Positions 41,599-54,753 of a DNA stretch of 64,000 bases are shown piece by piece (the first letter of the stretch is position 1; each line of letters starts with the position of its first letter). Made by a program: the position numbers and the translations under genes. The stretch comes from Octopus vulgaris (taxonomy: Eukaryota), in the NCBI GenBank assembly GCA_951406725.2, contig OX597832.1, positions 32,240,001-32,304,000 of the forward strand, written 5' to 3'. The notes under the pieces were generated by a model that was not told the DNA's origin, searched no databases, and was given only the letters and a program-made list of their open reading frames with translations.

Positions 41599-42675
41599 TA
41601 TAATCTGAAGATTTCGAATCAGTTGTCCATAGTTATGCTCTTTCCATTTCATTTCCAAGAGATATTCATATCAGCTGATCTCTGTCAAGGTACATTCACA
41701 TTTTCTCCATTCCAAATAACAAAATCCGTCTTGATGTGTTTACACATGCCAGATGTTTTGATGGGAATCTTCCAACAGTATTCTTTGCATTGATGTTTGT
41801 GTACATATTATGTAACCATGTAGGTATATATGTACATATTATGTAACCATGTACGTATATATGTACGTACGTACGTACATATGTATGTATGTATGAACGC
41901 ATGCATGCATGTATGTATGTATGAACGCATGCATGTATGCATATGTGCACATATCGATATCTATTTCTCTATCAATCGATCTATGTCATGTGTATGGTTT
42001 TCAACTGCATGTGGTGGGGTTGGATGGGGGTCTTTGGTTCGGGAGTTGCAGGTTTTTAAGGTAAGTGGATCAACATCTTCGTCACCATTGTTCTCTAGGT
42101 CTCATCGTAGCTACTGTTAGATTTACAGCGAGACGTTAATCGAGATGTGTGATGAAATCCATCTAACTGTAGTGACGCAGAAATACCCTTGGTTGGTGTG
42201 AATAAGCACAGCAAAACCACCAGGAGTGAAGAAACTCTAGCCTTTTTCACAGTATTCTTCTAGAAGGGGAACACTAATGTGATATCCTACGTTTTCATGT
42301 GATTGCTGGTCATCCCGTTTCGGCCTATCACTAGGTGCTGAGCAGAAGAGTCGTACTCGTTGGTCACGTGCTTATCACTATATTTCAATGACGTGCAAAC
42401 GTGTCTCTGTTGTGACCGCGTTTGTCATTTCATCCACAAGAATGTCTATGGCGATACGAAATTGGTGATCTGTGCCGACCTAAACCTTTGGAAACGCAAA
42501 GTAAGTTATAAATTCCATTTGTCAAATCTGCAAAAACCATACAGATATGCATCTTGACGGAATACTCATACGAGCATTCGTGGACGGAAAATCAAATTTG
42601 CTAGAGATAAGGACGAAGTACAAAGACACCGCAATCATCTGTGAAGGTGGAGGACTCACCATGTATGTATGTATG

Positions 42676-42709
<34 letters not shown>

Positions 42710-42800
42710 TGTATGTATGTATGTATGTATGTATGTATGTATGTATGTATGGATGTATGTATGTATGTATGTATGTATGTATATATGTATGTATGTGTGT

Positions 42801-43122
42801 GTGAAGGTACATGGTTTAGTGGTTAGGTCATTCGGCTCACGATTGTAAGGTCATGAGTTCAATTCCCAGCAGCATGTTGTGTCCTTGAGCAAGACACTTT
42901 ATTTCACGTTGCTCCAGTCCACTCAGCTGGCAAAGATGAGTTGTACCTGTATTTCAAAGGGCCGGCCTTGTCACACTCTGTGTCACGCTGAATCTCCCCC
43001 GAGAACTACGTTGGGGGTACACCACGTGTTTGTGGATTGCAAAGCCACTTGCACGTTACTTTCACTAGCAAAGCTGTTCCGTTGATCTGGGACCCTCGTC
43101 GTCGTAACCGACGGAGTGCTCC
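42801..43122 (+). mobile_element. tRNA-derived SINE family C, full length
   Basis: tggtttagtggttagg (A box), gagttcaattccc (B box), core tgtgtccttgagcaagacacttt. The tail is shared with 49685-49872. Confidence 0.88.
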
Positions 43123-43281
43123 CATGTATGTGTGTATATATGTCTTCTCTTTCTCTTAATTTAGAGCAAATTTTGACCAGCCACCGACTTGGGAACAAGT
43201 TTAGGAAGGAAAGTGTGACTTTAAATCTTAATATGGTCTTACATATTTTTCTACCCCAAGATATCGTGATCATTTGTTGTT

Positions 43282-43315
<34 letters not shown>

Positions 43316-44154
43316 CACAAACATATATATATTTATGTATGTATATGTATATATGTATGCATGTATGTATGTGTGTGTGTATGTATGTATTTATATGTCT
43401 GTATGCGGGCGTGTGTGTGGGATGTGTGCGTGCGTGCGTGCGTGCATGTGTAGTGCGTGTGTGCTTATTACACCTGCACACATACTCCACATACTCGTAT
43501 GTATTTCCTGTCAATTGTTTAAGCGCTGGCAATTTCCTTTTGACATAGGAAATCTTAGATTCTCTTTTATAATAAATAATGTATACGTTTAAACAGAATT
43601 CTGTTTCATTATGTCTGGCGAATATATAGGAACTCTAGCCACGGTGGATACTTATTTAGGCAAAATAACCGATATCCATTGTAGTTTGTGCAGACAACAT
43701 CCGTCGATATCAATGCAGACGATATCCGGTGTCCAAAGGAAGCTTACTTTAACCTTACCATTGACACTGCACAGGAAGTTGAGAAAAATGCCAAAGATAA
43801 ATCTGGAAAATATATTTTTATTATTTATATGTTTCATAAAAAGTATTTGTCTTAAATGTTTATCTAAGGTTGAACATATATCCCCAAACGAATTTATTTA
43901 GCAAGTTATCTACAAATAATTATCGTTCAAATTCTACAAATGTTGCCAAGATCGAAGTTATCCTTCTCTTTACCGTTCCTACCTGCTCACTAATCTTATA
44001 ATTTCAATAGAAAGAATCAGCGCTCACATTTGTGCGAAGCCGCAAAATAATGTCTCCTAAAATGAATGAATCCATTCATCAAAGCGCTTTAAAATGTCTA
44101 TATATATATGTATATATATAATTATATATATATATATCATCATCATCATCATCA

Positions 44155-44450
44155 TGTGACCGATCAGGCCATCAGATGTTGCTACACATCGCTGGTCACA
44201 ATGCGCTTCACATTGTTTTAGCCTTCAAATGACGCCACCCCGCTGGCTAAGCGAGCAGGCCAACAGAAGAAAGAATGAGAGAAAGTTGCAGCGAAATAGT
44301 ACAACAGGGATCGCCACCACCCCCTGTCGAAGCCTTGTGGAGCTTTAGGTGTTTTCGCTCAATAAACACTCACAACGCCCGGTCTGAGAATCGAAGCCGC
44401 GAACCTACGACCGCGATTCCGCTGCCCTAACCACTGGGCAAGTGCGCCTC

Positions 44451-44453
<3 letters not shown>
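44155..44453 (-). mobile_element. tRNA-derived SINE family D, full length with (GAT)n tail
   Basis: Minus strand: gcccagtggttagggcagcgg (A box), gcttcgattctc (B-box-like), ending ggtcacatgatgatgatg. Confidence 0.85.
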
Positions 44454-44489
<36 letters not shown>

Positions 44490-44664
44490 GATAGTGTGTG
44501 TTTGTGTGTGCGTGTTGAAGCTGTACGGTGATACACATGCATTCAGCTCTGAGAGCATTGCGTTTTTTAAGGAACAACAGCAGAAAGCTAATGAGGCTCA
44601 TGATATAATTCGTTATTCCCTTCTTTTAATTATTTATTACTTATGTGAATATATGTATGCATAC

Positions 44665-44965
44665 ATAAGGTTGTCAGCTCGAATCCCGGACCGGGCTGCG
44701 TGTTGTGTTCTTGAGCAAGGCACTTTATTTCACGTTGCTCCAGTTCACTCAGCTGTAGAAATGAGTTGCGACGTCACTGGTGCGAAGCTGTATCGACCTT
44801 TGTCTTTCCCTTGGATAATACTGGTGGCGTGGAGAGGGGAGGCTGGTATGCATGGGCGACTGCTGGCCTTCCATAAACAACCTTGCCCGGACTTGTGTCT
44901 AGGAGGGTAACTTTCTAGGTGCAATCCCATGGTCATTCATGACCGAAGGGGGTCTTTACCCTTTA
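44665..44965 (+). mobile_element. SINE with family C core and a different tail
   Basis: gttgtgttcttgagcaaggcactttatttcacgttgctccagttcactcagctg is nearly identical to 42876-42930, then the sequence diverges completely. Confidence 0.8.
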
Positions 44966-45039
44966 CATATAAACATATACATGCGTCTGTGTTTATGTAT
45001 ATATATATTTGTGGGTGTGTATGTATATTCTTTTATTTG

Positions 45040-45200
45040 TTTTTGTCATTTGACTGCGGCCATGCAGGATCAACGCCTGTAGTCGAAAGAATCGAACCCA
45101 GAGCGCACTACTTATTCTATTAGTCACGTTTGCCGAATCGCTATGTTACGGGGACGTAAACACGGCAACATCGGTTTTCAAGCAATGGTGTGACAAACCC
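45040..45200 (-). mobile_element. SINE family B tail
   Basis: gtcatttgactgcggccatgc...gttacggggacgtaaacac. Confidence 0.7.
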
Positions 45201-45251
45201 AGACACACAAACACACACACACAAACACACACACACACAAACACACACACA

Positions 45252-45322
<71 letters not shown>

Positions 45323-46717
45323 TCTTTTACTCTTTTACTTGTTTCAGTCATCGGAAAAACGCTATGAAAAGTGACCGTTATACGAAGGGAAATTACTGTG
45401 TTATTGACCGCTATTAAGACGAAAGAGCGTAGTAAGGTAAGTGGGTAAAAAGTTCATAGTATTCACGTAAGATTTCGGTGTCAATACTTGCACTTCAGTT
45501 GTTTCGCATACGGATATATCTATGAAAGCAATCCTATTGAAGGTAAAATAAAAAAAAATATATAAACCTTAGAATGTTAACATCGCAATTACTCACAAAA
45601 AGGTAAACCACAACAATGATTTCAAATACTAGGTCGTATACTATGGTTGTAAAACGAATTACTATGGCCTTGTTAGCAACTGATATTTGCCAATTGTCAG
45701 GAATATGTTTAATATGTAAATCCGTCTTCCCAGTTCTGTTCCACCGCTAAACGTAGTGGATATTCAGGCGATGCCTTCGTGGATAGTTGGATGAGATGGG
45801 TTGGATGAGATGATGGGTGAAGAGCAATGGCCCCTGAGATATGCATCTACACTCATTACCTAGTTTTCTTATATTCGAGTTCATTGTTTACGTAGACGTA
45901 TTCTTATACGAAACGTCGTAAATTTCCCTGCCGGCTTTGAATTCTACGAATTCTATAGAAAACCTATAGAGATGAACTGAAAAAAAAAAAAAAAATTATT
46001 TAAAATAGAATCAAGTAAACAACGCAATGGTTCTTCCTATCGTGGTACAGTTCCAGCAGAATTCGGTTTCGTTACTTCTCAACAACGGATCAGGAGATAA
46101 TAGTTAATGAGAGATGAATAACCCACAACAACAGAGCAAAACCTAAAAGATGTCCACCTACAGAGAAAGCCATTGATGTAGCGAAAAACACTTTCGGAGA
46201 CATAATCAATTGTCAACTGTTTTTAGTAAAAGGAATATATGGGTATGCGAATAACCAGTGAACATTTATGTAGTCTTGAATCATTATGAATATTCTTAAA
46301 TATAAGAATATCGGCAACAACCTGCAGTTTCAAATAAAATTTCTTGCAAAACAAACTAAATATCTCGTATATTTTGTAGTCGCCTAAGGTGGAGTAGTAG
46401 TTTTAAAGCTATCATTCAAAGGTGAAGTTTATATCTGCCGACTGCGTACAGTGTTGCCTAAGATCTACATAGACTAAAGGTGAAGCTGATTATAGCATAC
46501 AGATTTTGCATACATAGAGTAGCAAATACTGTTTGTCAATGGTGTCTGAAGATTCACTGCTACTGACACCAGAGCTGTTGATGCAAGCGACGTTTTTCGA
46601 AATCTTTCTTGATATATTAATTCCACCTGTCCTCTCCCGATGATACGAAAATAATTAAATATTTATTTCGTAACCTCTTCCATCATTTTCAGTTTGATAC
46701 ATGTATTGGAAGAGCGA

Positions 46718-46792
<75 letters not shown>

Positions 46793-46849
46793 CAAAGAAT
46801 AATACATGTGTGTGTATATATATATGCATGAATATATATATACATAATA

Positions 46850-49640
46850 TATAGAATGGGTGAGAGAGTTGGTATGTTAACGCACGTGGTTGGATCTATA
46901 AAAGAAAAAGATAGGGTGAAAAACTACAGAAAACCTGTGTTATATCGTTAGAAAATGTATTTAAATCATCATGTTAGAAAAATGTTATAAAATTTTGTGT
47001 GTAGAGACATCGTTTTTGGTGAAAAACTCCGTTTCGTATTTTCAAACTTCTGAAATTTCTTTACCGATATTGTGTCATCTCTTCGCTATGACGTGAAGTA
47101 GGAGAGTTCCAGATAGGGGGAAGTAATCGGGGATGTTTTGGGTATAAGGGAGATAATCAAGGATTAGGTTTTATTCCTTTAACATGATTTGGTTTTGATA
47201 GAATAGAATGTTATATTTTTTTCCATGAGCTAAGTTTCCTTATTTAAAAATGCTAGAAATGGTTAAGTTTTGGCTTATATTTTTCAATAAAGTAGGTTTT
47301 CCTACGTAATCTAACTTTTGTTGGTGTTCCAATGACACGTTGATACAATGGAAAAATTAACAAATTGTGCTAGCAGTTGCTCTGCGCATCTCTCAATGTG
47401 TTCACTAAAGGATATCATTCTCTATTCTGGTAATACAGTCTGTTGCCGATGCAAAGTGCATCTGCGTCTGAGCGATAATGCCGTGGACCCTATGTCGTTT
47501 TGGTGGCAGCCCGAGCATTTTATAACATAAATCAGGTTTTCTGAAGCACAAGTCAGATTTGATTTTGAGTTTTTGTCCCTTTTTCAAAAGGAATTCTGAT
47601 CCTTCAAGAAAGTTTGGGCATGTTACACAATTTGGTCGACCACATTATTTCACTTTTGTCTCCGTTATTTTAGAAAATAACTTTGCCTTTGTGAGGATTT
47701 TTTTTAGTGATTTCAGTTGTTTGTGGCTTTTAATGATCTTATGTGTGTGTAAAATTTCCTATTTGTGGTCCTTATGTAGCATTTTAAAAATTTTGGGTGA
47801 TGATGGTGAACGCTTCTTTGTGTCTGAAGTTGTATGTGGATATGTACGGCAGTATTTTCGGGAAAGGTGTGGTGCTGTGTTGAACTTTTCTTAAGGTTTC
47901 TATGTCGATTTCTGTTGCACGTCTGATTCCATCCTCTATGAGTTGAACTGAGTAATGCCTGTCAATGAGAGTGTTTAGAGTTCTTGCAGTCTAAAGACTC
48001 TGCTATCTTCTTCAGACACTATTATGCATATCCTTCTTGCAAGGTTGAAGGGGATGTTTGTTTTGGTGTGTCTTGGGTGACATGAATCAAAAAGTAGATA
48101 TTGTTTGGCGTCTGTGGTTTAGTAAAATATGTCCGTTTCTATTTTTAGCTTTATTTTCTTAATTAGTATATCCAAGAATGGACGCTCCTTTTGGCTGTAT
48201 TCCATTGTGAAGCGTATGTTTGGGTTGACGCTCTTCAATATTCTTTTGAGTTCCAGGCGTTTGTCTGTGTTTTCATTCCAGAGGATGAAGCAGCTGTCAA
48301 GGAATCTTTTCCAATTTACTTTTATGTATTGGGAAAGAGGGTTTCCAAAGGTACATAAAGATTTCTGGTATATTGTTATTTCCAGATAGCCCATTGTCAG
48401 GTTCGCAATGACCGGGACTGCCCTAGTGCCCATGACAATTCCGGATTCATGTCGATAAAAAGTGTCATCGAACATGAAATGGTTGTTTCGTATGAGGAAT
48501 TCAACCGATTCAATTATGAATTCTTTTCCGATCCTTTCCGCTATTTCTCCCTGATATTGGTCTAGCCTGAACTGAATTGTCTCTAGCCCATAATTATGAT
48601 GTATACGTTTAAACTTTGTTAAAAAGTCTATTTCTTTGGTTGTCTGTTCTTTTCCGTGGGTTTTGATTATTGAGGGCACAGTTTTCATTATTCTTCGCAG
48701 GGTGTAGCGTGTGATTTTTTTGGTAAATATGACTTTCATTCAGCATGGAGATTACTAGATTTCTGTACTATAAAGTGTCCATTACTACCACTGCACTTCC
48801 TTTATCTGCTTCCTTAATCGTTATATCTTCATCATTTTGAAGTTGCGTCAGTTCCTTCCGTTGTGTAGTGCTAAAGTTTGAGCTAACTGTCTCTTTATGC
48901 ATGGGGTGGTAGGGAAAGTTCTCGATGTTGTTGCATAATTCTTCAAGATTTATATTTCTTGCTTTGTGGTGGTGGGGGAGGGGTGTTCACTTTTGTTTTT
49001 GACTAGTGAGTCATCTTCAGTATTGAAACTGGTTGATGCCTCTGTGAGTCTTAATGTGCTACTGAATTCTATTATACTGTCCTCCACTTCAGTTTGGTTG
49101 GCTCTGCGTTGAGTTGGGGTGAATTTTAGCCCTTTTGGGAGGATGTCTACTTTTATGTTTGAAAGATGTTTAGGTGAGAGGTTATCTTCGGTTTTTCCTG
49201 ATCACCAGGTTCCAACCTGTGTCCTGGTGTCTCTGGTCCGGGGCTGAAAAATACTGGTTGCACATTTGTTTGTATGAACTGTCTGTGAGGCTGTAAGGGA
49301 CTGGACCGGGGGAGAGATGGTATTGTTGCCTCAAATTGTTATGTGTGAGTAGGTGTCTATAGATGTTTTGGTTAGTGATGTGTGTAACATTTCTGTATGT
49401 GGCATATTTTTGATTTGGAATTTCTTGTTTGCGGGGTGTTTCTTGAGCTTCTGTTATTTTGTGCTATTCTTATGTTCTGTGGGGACCAGTAGTTTTGGAT
49501 CATGGGGTAGAAGTGCCTGGTTTGCGGTGTGCTTCTTATCCTGGTGTTGCTTTGTGGTGATATGGGGTGGTTATGCCTGGAATTAGGACGTTGTTGGTGT
49601 GTTCTGTTCCTGGGATTTGGGTGAACTAGTTGGCTGTCGG
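46850..49640 (-). mobile_element. Penelope-like element (RT and GIY-YIG endonuclease), decayed and internally deleted
   Basis: Minus strand: NLSPKHLS..KGLKFTP; ITIKEADKGSAVVVMD (DKG motif near 48800); GIVMGT..ANL.MG; WKRFLDS (degenerate YxDD); NIRFTME..PFLDI; YLLFDSCHP; NLIYVIKCSGC...IG.T...LR.R..LH (GIY-YIG). TA tracts flank both ends. Confidence 0.92.
48119..48739 (-). pseudogene. Penelope-type reverse transcriptase fragment (longest non-microsatellite ORF)
   Basis: The 206-aa ORF in the track carries the C-terminal RT motifs. The catalytic DD reads DS and the upstream RT motifs are missing. Confidence 0.88.
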
Positions 49641-49684
<44 letters not shown>

Positions 49685-49689
<5 letters not shown>

Positions 49690-49871
49690 ACCTGTATTTC
49701 AAAAGGGCCAGCCTTGTCACACTCTGTGTCACGCTGAAGCTCCTCGAGAACTACGTTAAGGGTACACGTGTCTGTGGAATGCTCAGCCACTTGCACGTTA
49801 ATTCCACGAGCAAGCTGTTCCGTTGATCGTATCAGCTGGGACCCTCATCGTCGTAACTGACGGAGTGCTCC

Positions 49872-49872
<1 letters not shown>
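49685..49872 (+). mobile_element. SINE family C, 3' tail only, inside (TA)n
   Basis: gttgtacctgtatttcaaaagggccagccttgtcacactctgtgtcacgctgaa...gacggagtgctcc matches 42940-43122. Confidence 0.85.
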
Positions 49873-49910
<38 letters not shown>

Positions 49911-49939
49911 CATATACATATACATACATATATATATAA

Positions 49940-49979
<40 letters not shown>

Positions 49980-50112
49980 TTATATATGTATGTATGTATG
50001 TATATGTATATATATATATATAAATGTATTGATAATTTTATTTTCGTGTATAGACCTTTTAGCATGCATTTAAACACCATACAAACTATTCGACTACATG
50101 ATATCAACAGCA

Positions 50113-50152
<40 letters not shown>

Positions 50153-51237
50153 GCATGCACACAAACACAAATGTATACATATGTATCTATATATCTGTGT
50201 CTATATCTATCTATACACATACACATTCACACACAACATACACAGACATACACAGGCACACACAGATACACATATGAACACATAAGCATATACATACGTA
50301 CACACATATACTGTCGTGCATGTATAGGTGTTTGCACATCTCTGCACGAATGCCTGCGCTCACATTGATGCAAGTGTGAGCGTGTGTATGACTTGCATTT
50401 CGTCTTTATTATGAAGGAAGTGTATTTAATTTACTGTATATTTAGATAATATTAATATTATCTATATTTTCAACACACACATACACACAGACACAGATTC
50501 ACGTGCTCATTTACATACATGCACACACATACATGCACATATATATGTGTGAGTGTGTGTGCGCTAATGCTTTTTCTCTTCATTTCCCTGGAACAAAGAA
50601 ATCGAATAAACGTATATGATAATAAAATTTAAACAGAAATATAAATCAATTAGATGAAAAGCTAAAATGTGAATAACTGAATGTTATCAAATTCTTCACC
50701 GCATACGTACAATCCTATACACAGATGCTTCCTATACAAAGAAAGCTACTTCGATACATACATTCAGACACACGCACGCATATATATATATGTGTGTGTT
50801 TTTATGCATATAGAAACCTCCAACACGACAGCTCATACTTACACTTCCACACAAATATTAACAGCTGAAGTGTCTTGATATCAATGCAAGTTACAATTCA
50901 CAGACGGAAAATGTCAAGTACCGCGACGCACCCACATATATTTCGCAGATTTTTCCGAATGACTTTAATGGAGTAAGAGGTGCTTGATGCGTTGCTCGGG
51001 TGCGGGGGTGGAGGCATCGGCGACGCAAAACGTAATAAAAATATAAGACATTAATATAAAATGGTTACTGCTTCAAATCTCTAAATTCGATGTGATGTAA
51101 TACAAATTTATTACGGTCGTTTCGGACAGATAATAATTTAAGCTATAGACTAACTCGATATTTTGGTCACTTGCAATTGACGAGTATTTACTGTCACATT
51201 GAAAGTGAAGTATGTGTGTTCGTGTGTATGTATACAT

Positions 51238-51310
<73 letters not shown>

Positions 51311-51419
51311 TGTGCGTATGTCTGTGTGAGTGTTTAAACCTGAGTTTATGTCTTTATATTAATCTATGGAAATACATATATGTATGTATCTATTAAATAT
51401 ATATATATGTGTGTATATA

Positions 51420-51463
<44 letters not shown>

Positions 51464-51867
51464 TATTTATATATATATGTATATATATACACACATACAC
51501 ATATATATTTATGTATATATGATATATATGCGTATCTATACATATATGCACGTATACACGCACACATACGTATACACGCACACACACACACACAAATACA
51601 CGCACACATACGTATTGTGTCTGAGGCACGGAGTATGGAGAGTCGTTAAATAGCTCACAGGATGTGTGTCGGAAGATTTCAAATAAACGACATTAAAATA
51701 TGGACGATAATAAAGTTGAAGTGAAGAACGAGTAGATAGTGCGTGAGTTTAGTTGCCAAAAGAGACAAATGACCGTCCCAAAATATTACAATAACTTTTC
51801 AAATCATGATTTCACATGATGAATCTGGCAAATCAAATACATAAATATTTGTATACGTATATCTAAC

Positions 51868-51997
<130 letters not shown>

Positions 51998-53161
51998 CGT
52001 GCTTGTTATTGCTCGTATGAAAGTACGATAGATCTGTCATTTTAATGATGTTAATTACATTTTTCTAATGAAACCTGAAAAGAAATGGCAAGTTAGCAAA
52101 GCAGTTTTAGCAAGTCATATTAAGCAACAATCTTGATAAAACAAAATAAAAACATATAAATAAGCAAACTTTGGACGGTTTTATAGAGAATTCAAACTTA
52201 TGATGGTATGTGTTTCCATTACTTTGTCCAACGCCTGTGCATGTATATATATATATATAAGTGTGTGTGTGTGTGTGTGTGTGTGTATGTATATGCATAT
52301 ATATATGTGTATATATACATATTCATACATACATAGATGTTTAACCAAATATACATAACTACATTTATATGTCTATATATATATATATATATATATGCAA
52401 TTACAAATCTATATATGTACATATGTATATAAATATGTGTGTGCGTCTACTTGGTTGTGTGAATGCAGACAGATATGCACGAATACATTCACATACACAC
52501 ATATATGCATACGTACGTATTTACATCTTTTTTTCTTTAGGTTCGTTGATATCTACAGACGACAGTTTATACGATATAATCATAATAGAACTCCGTTACC
52601 TCTTGAGTTTCTTTCTGTAGCATTAACAATAAACGTGCACTTGGCAATTTGGTACCAATTCTCTACAGATTTTGCAGATTCCAGTGCTTTGTCTATAATT
52701 GAGAGAGAAACTAAATGGATATATCGAAGAAAGCAAATTATGGTCGTTTTCGATAAATCTGACCAGACTAATATATATGTATATGTGTGTATGTAAGCAT
52801 GTGTGTGTGTGCGTGTGTGTGTACTATGTGCGAGTGCATATCTATATAAGTGTATTTTGTAATTATATATATATACATATATATCGTTTTTGGATTTGGT
52901 TTGCAAGATTTTTTATGTGAGTTCGTATGTTGAAGCATATTCTGTTGTGTCTGGGGAGGGTCATTCTCTTTTACTGCCTTATAATTTACCACACTCACCG
53001 GTAAAGTTTCCACTCATACACTTATTTATTTTTCCTAACATTTTCGTCATGCAAACTTTTCAATAGTTTTTGACTTTGTCCGTTGTTCGAGCTGCGTTGT
53101 TTTTATTTGTGTGTTTGTGAGTGTATGTGTGTGTGCTTACATGTATATATATATATATATA

Positions 53162-53231
53162 TAAAATCAAAATAAGCAACAAGGATGTCCAGAGGTACAC
53201 CTGGATATCCTTGTTGCTTATTTTGATTTTA
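53162..53231. repeat. Hairpin, 31-bp arms and 8-nt loop
   Basis: taaaatcaaaataagcaacaaggatgtccag / ctggatatccttgttgcttattttgatttta, with one G-T pair. Confidence 0.95.
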
Positions 53232-53350
53232 ATCACCTTACTTTAAAATTGTATGGATAATACCGTACTAAATTCTGCTGCCTCAACATAAGTTCCACAT
53301 TCATCTGATTCTAATTCTTTGCTGAACTCATCTACCATAGCCAATATATA

Positions 53351-53633
53351 TATATAAGAAGAAATGAGGTACTCAGAAATAAGATAGTACTATCCTATAT
53401 ATCTCCCCACATCTACACACTCAATAATACTATAAAAAGCGAGAAATTTCCTGCGAAAGTTCAATTTCACAACTGCACTGAAGTGGAAGAAAGCGCTATT
53501 ATATGATTTATGATGTATAAAAACATGTAACATACTAATAACTATCTGTAAATATAAAACCATCCAGAATTCAGAGTACCTCATTTCTTCTAATATATAA
53601 TACCTCTACATCATCTCAAAACCTTCTAATATA

Positions 53634-53688
<55 letters not shown>

Positions 53689-54246
53689 GTATATGTATAT
53701 ATATATGATAATACATACACACCCACACACAGACAGGCACATACAAACATATATATATATATACACAAACACACGCACATATGTATATATTAATATAAGT
53801 AAACAAATCGACTGCATTTCCCCACAAATGTTTCACACTTTTTCTTAATTTATGAAGAGAAGTTGTACATCATGACAAACATACGCTTTCATCAGGTGAG
53901 TACAGGCAAGGACTAAGGAGATCATTTTTGTTCATCAGTAAAGAACGCGTCTGAAACAGCTGTAGTGAACTGCAACCCATCTATGTTATTTATTCAGAGA
54001 CTTCCATACGTTTGAATCAGGAGACTATTGTCGATGATGGAATACGTACAGGTAGAGTACCAGATTATGTTTTTAAGTCCACGCTGTGTATTCAGTAATT
54101 TACTTGTGAATGTAGGCATAACTGGAAGGATAAAACAGTATTTACTTTACTAAGTAGCTATATATTAGTATACATTTTCCGTACACAGGTGCGGTCTACC
54201 CAACTCTACCTGTATTATTGAGTGTGTAGATGTGGGGAGATATATA
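53351..54246. repeat. Interleaved inverted repeats, probably rearranged retroelement terminal repeats
   Basis: 53357-53374 pairs with 53574-53591 (18 bp, perfect). 53396-53430 pairs with 54212-54246 (35 bp, perfect). Confidence 0.8.
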
Positions 54247-54709
54247 TCCTGGGTGTCTTTACTACTAACACACCCGTGTCTTTCGAATCCTGAAAAGCGT
54301 GTTCTGTATATACTTGTATATATATAAATAAGGGACGTGTTGTCTAGCTAGGCAAGGTAGGCAGTGCCTACCTTAAACAAAACAGATCGAAAGCAGCATT
54401 TTCCTTTTATGGCCAAATATGCACCGAATTCAACAAAATTATGGAGGTTAATCTGATTACTATGCATAAAATACAAAATATTTTATTTGTTTTATGTAGA
54501 TTAGGTAGGCATGGTGCGCCCCTGCTTTTCAATCTCAGTATTAAAGCTACACATAGTGCTGCTGTAGTACACATGCTGCGTACAATCCTACAACACCGTT
54601 TTCTTTACGTGTCATAAAGGCAGAAGTAAATTTGCTTTCAACTCAGTTTTTTTTTTTTTTGCGTTTTACTACATAAATCTCGCCAGTAATTAGTGACGGC
54701 ACGCACCTG

Positions 54710-54753
<44 letters not shown>

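Noticed and set aside
44375-44453. Possible tRNA gene on the minus strand (also 42801-42875 and 20488-20575)
   Set aside because: A/B boxes are present, but I could not form a full cloverleaf and each continues into a SINE body.
52195-52245. Tc1-like terminus on the minus strand (caggcgttggacaaagtaatggaaacac)
   Set aside because: No partner end or transposase sequence nearby; unsupported as an element.
54320-54525. Possible hAT-like MITE (agggacgtg...gcgcccctg with aggtaggca repeats)
   Set aside because: The termini match poorly and I found no 8-bp target duplication.
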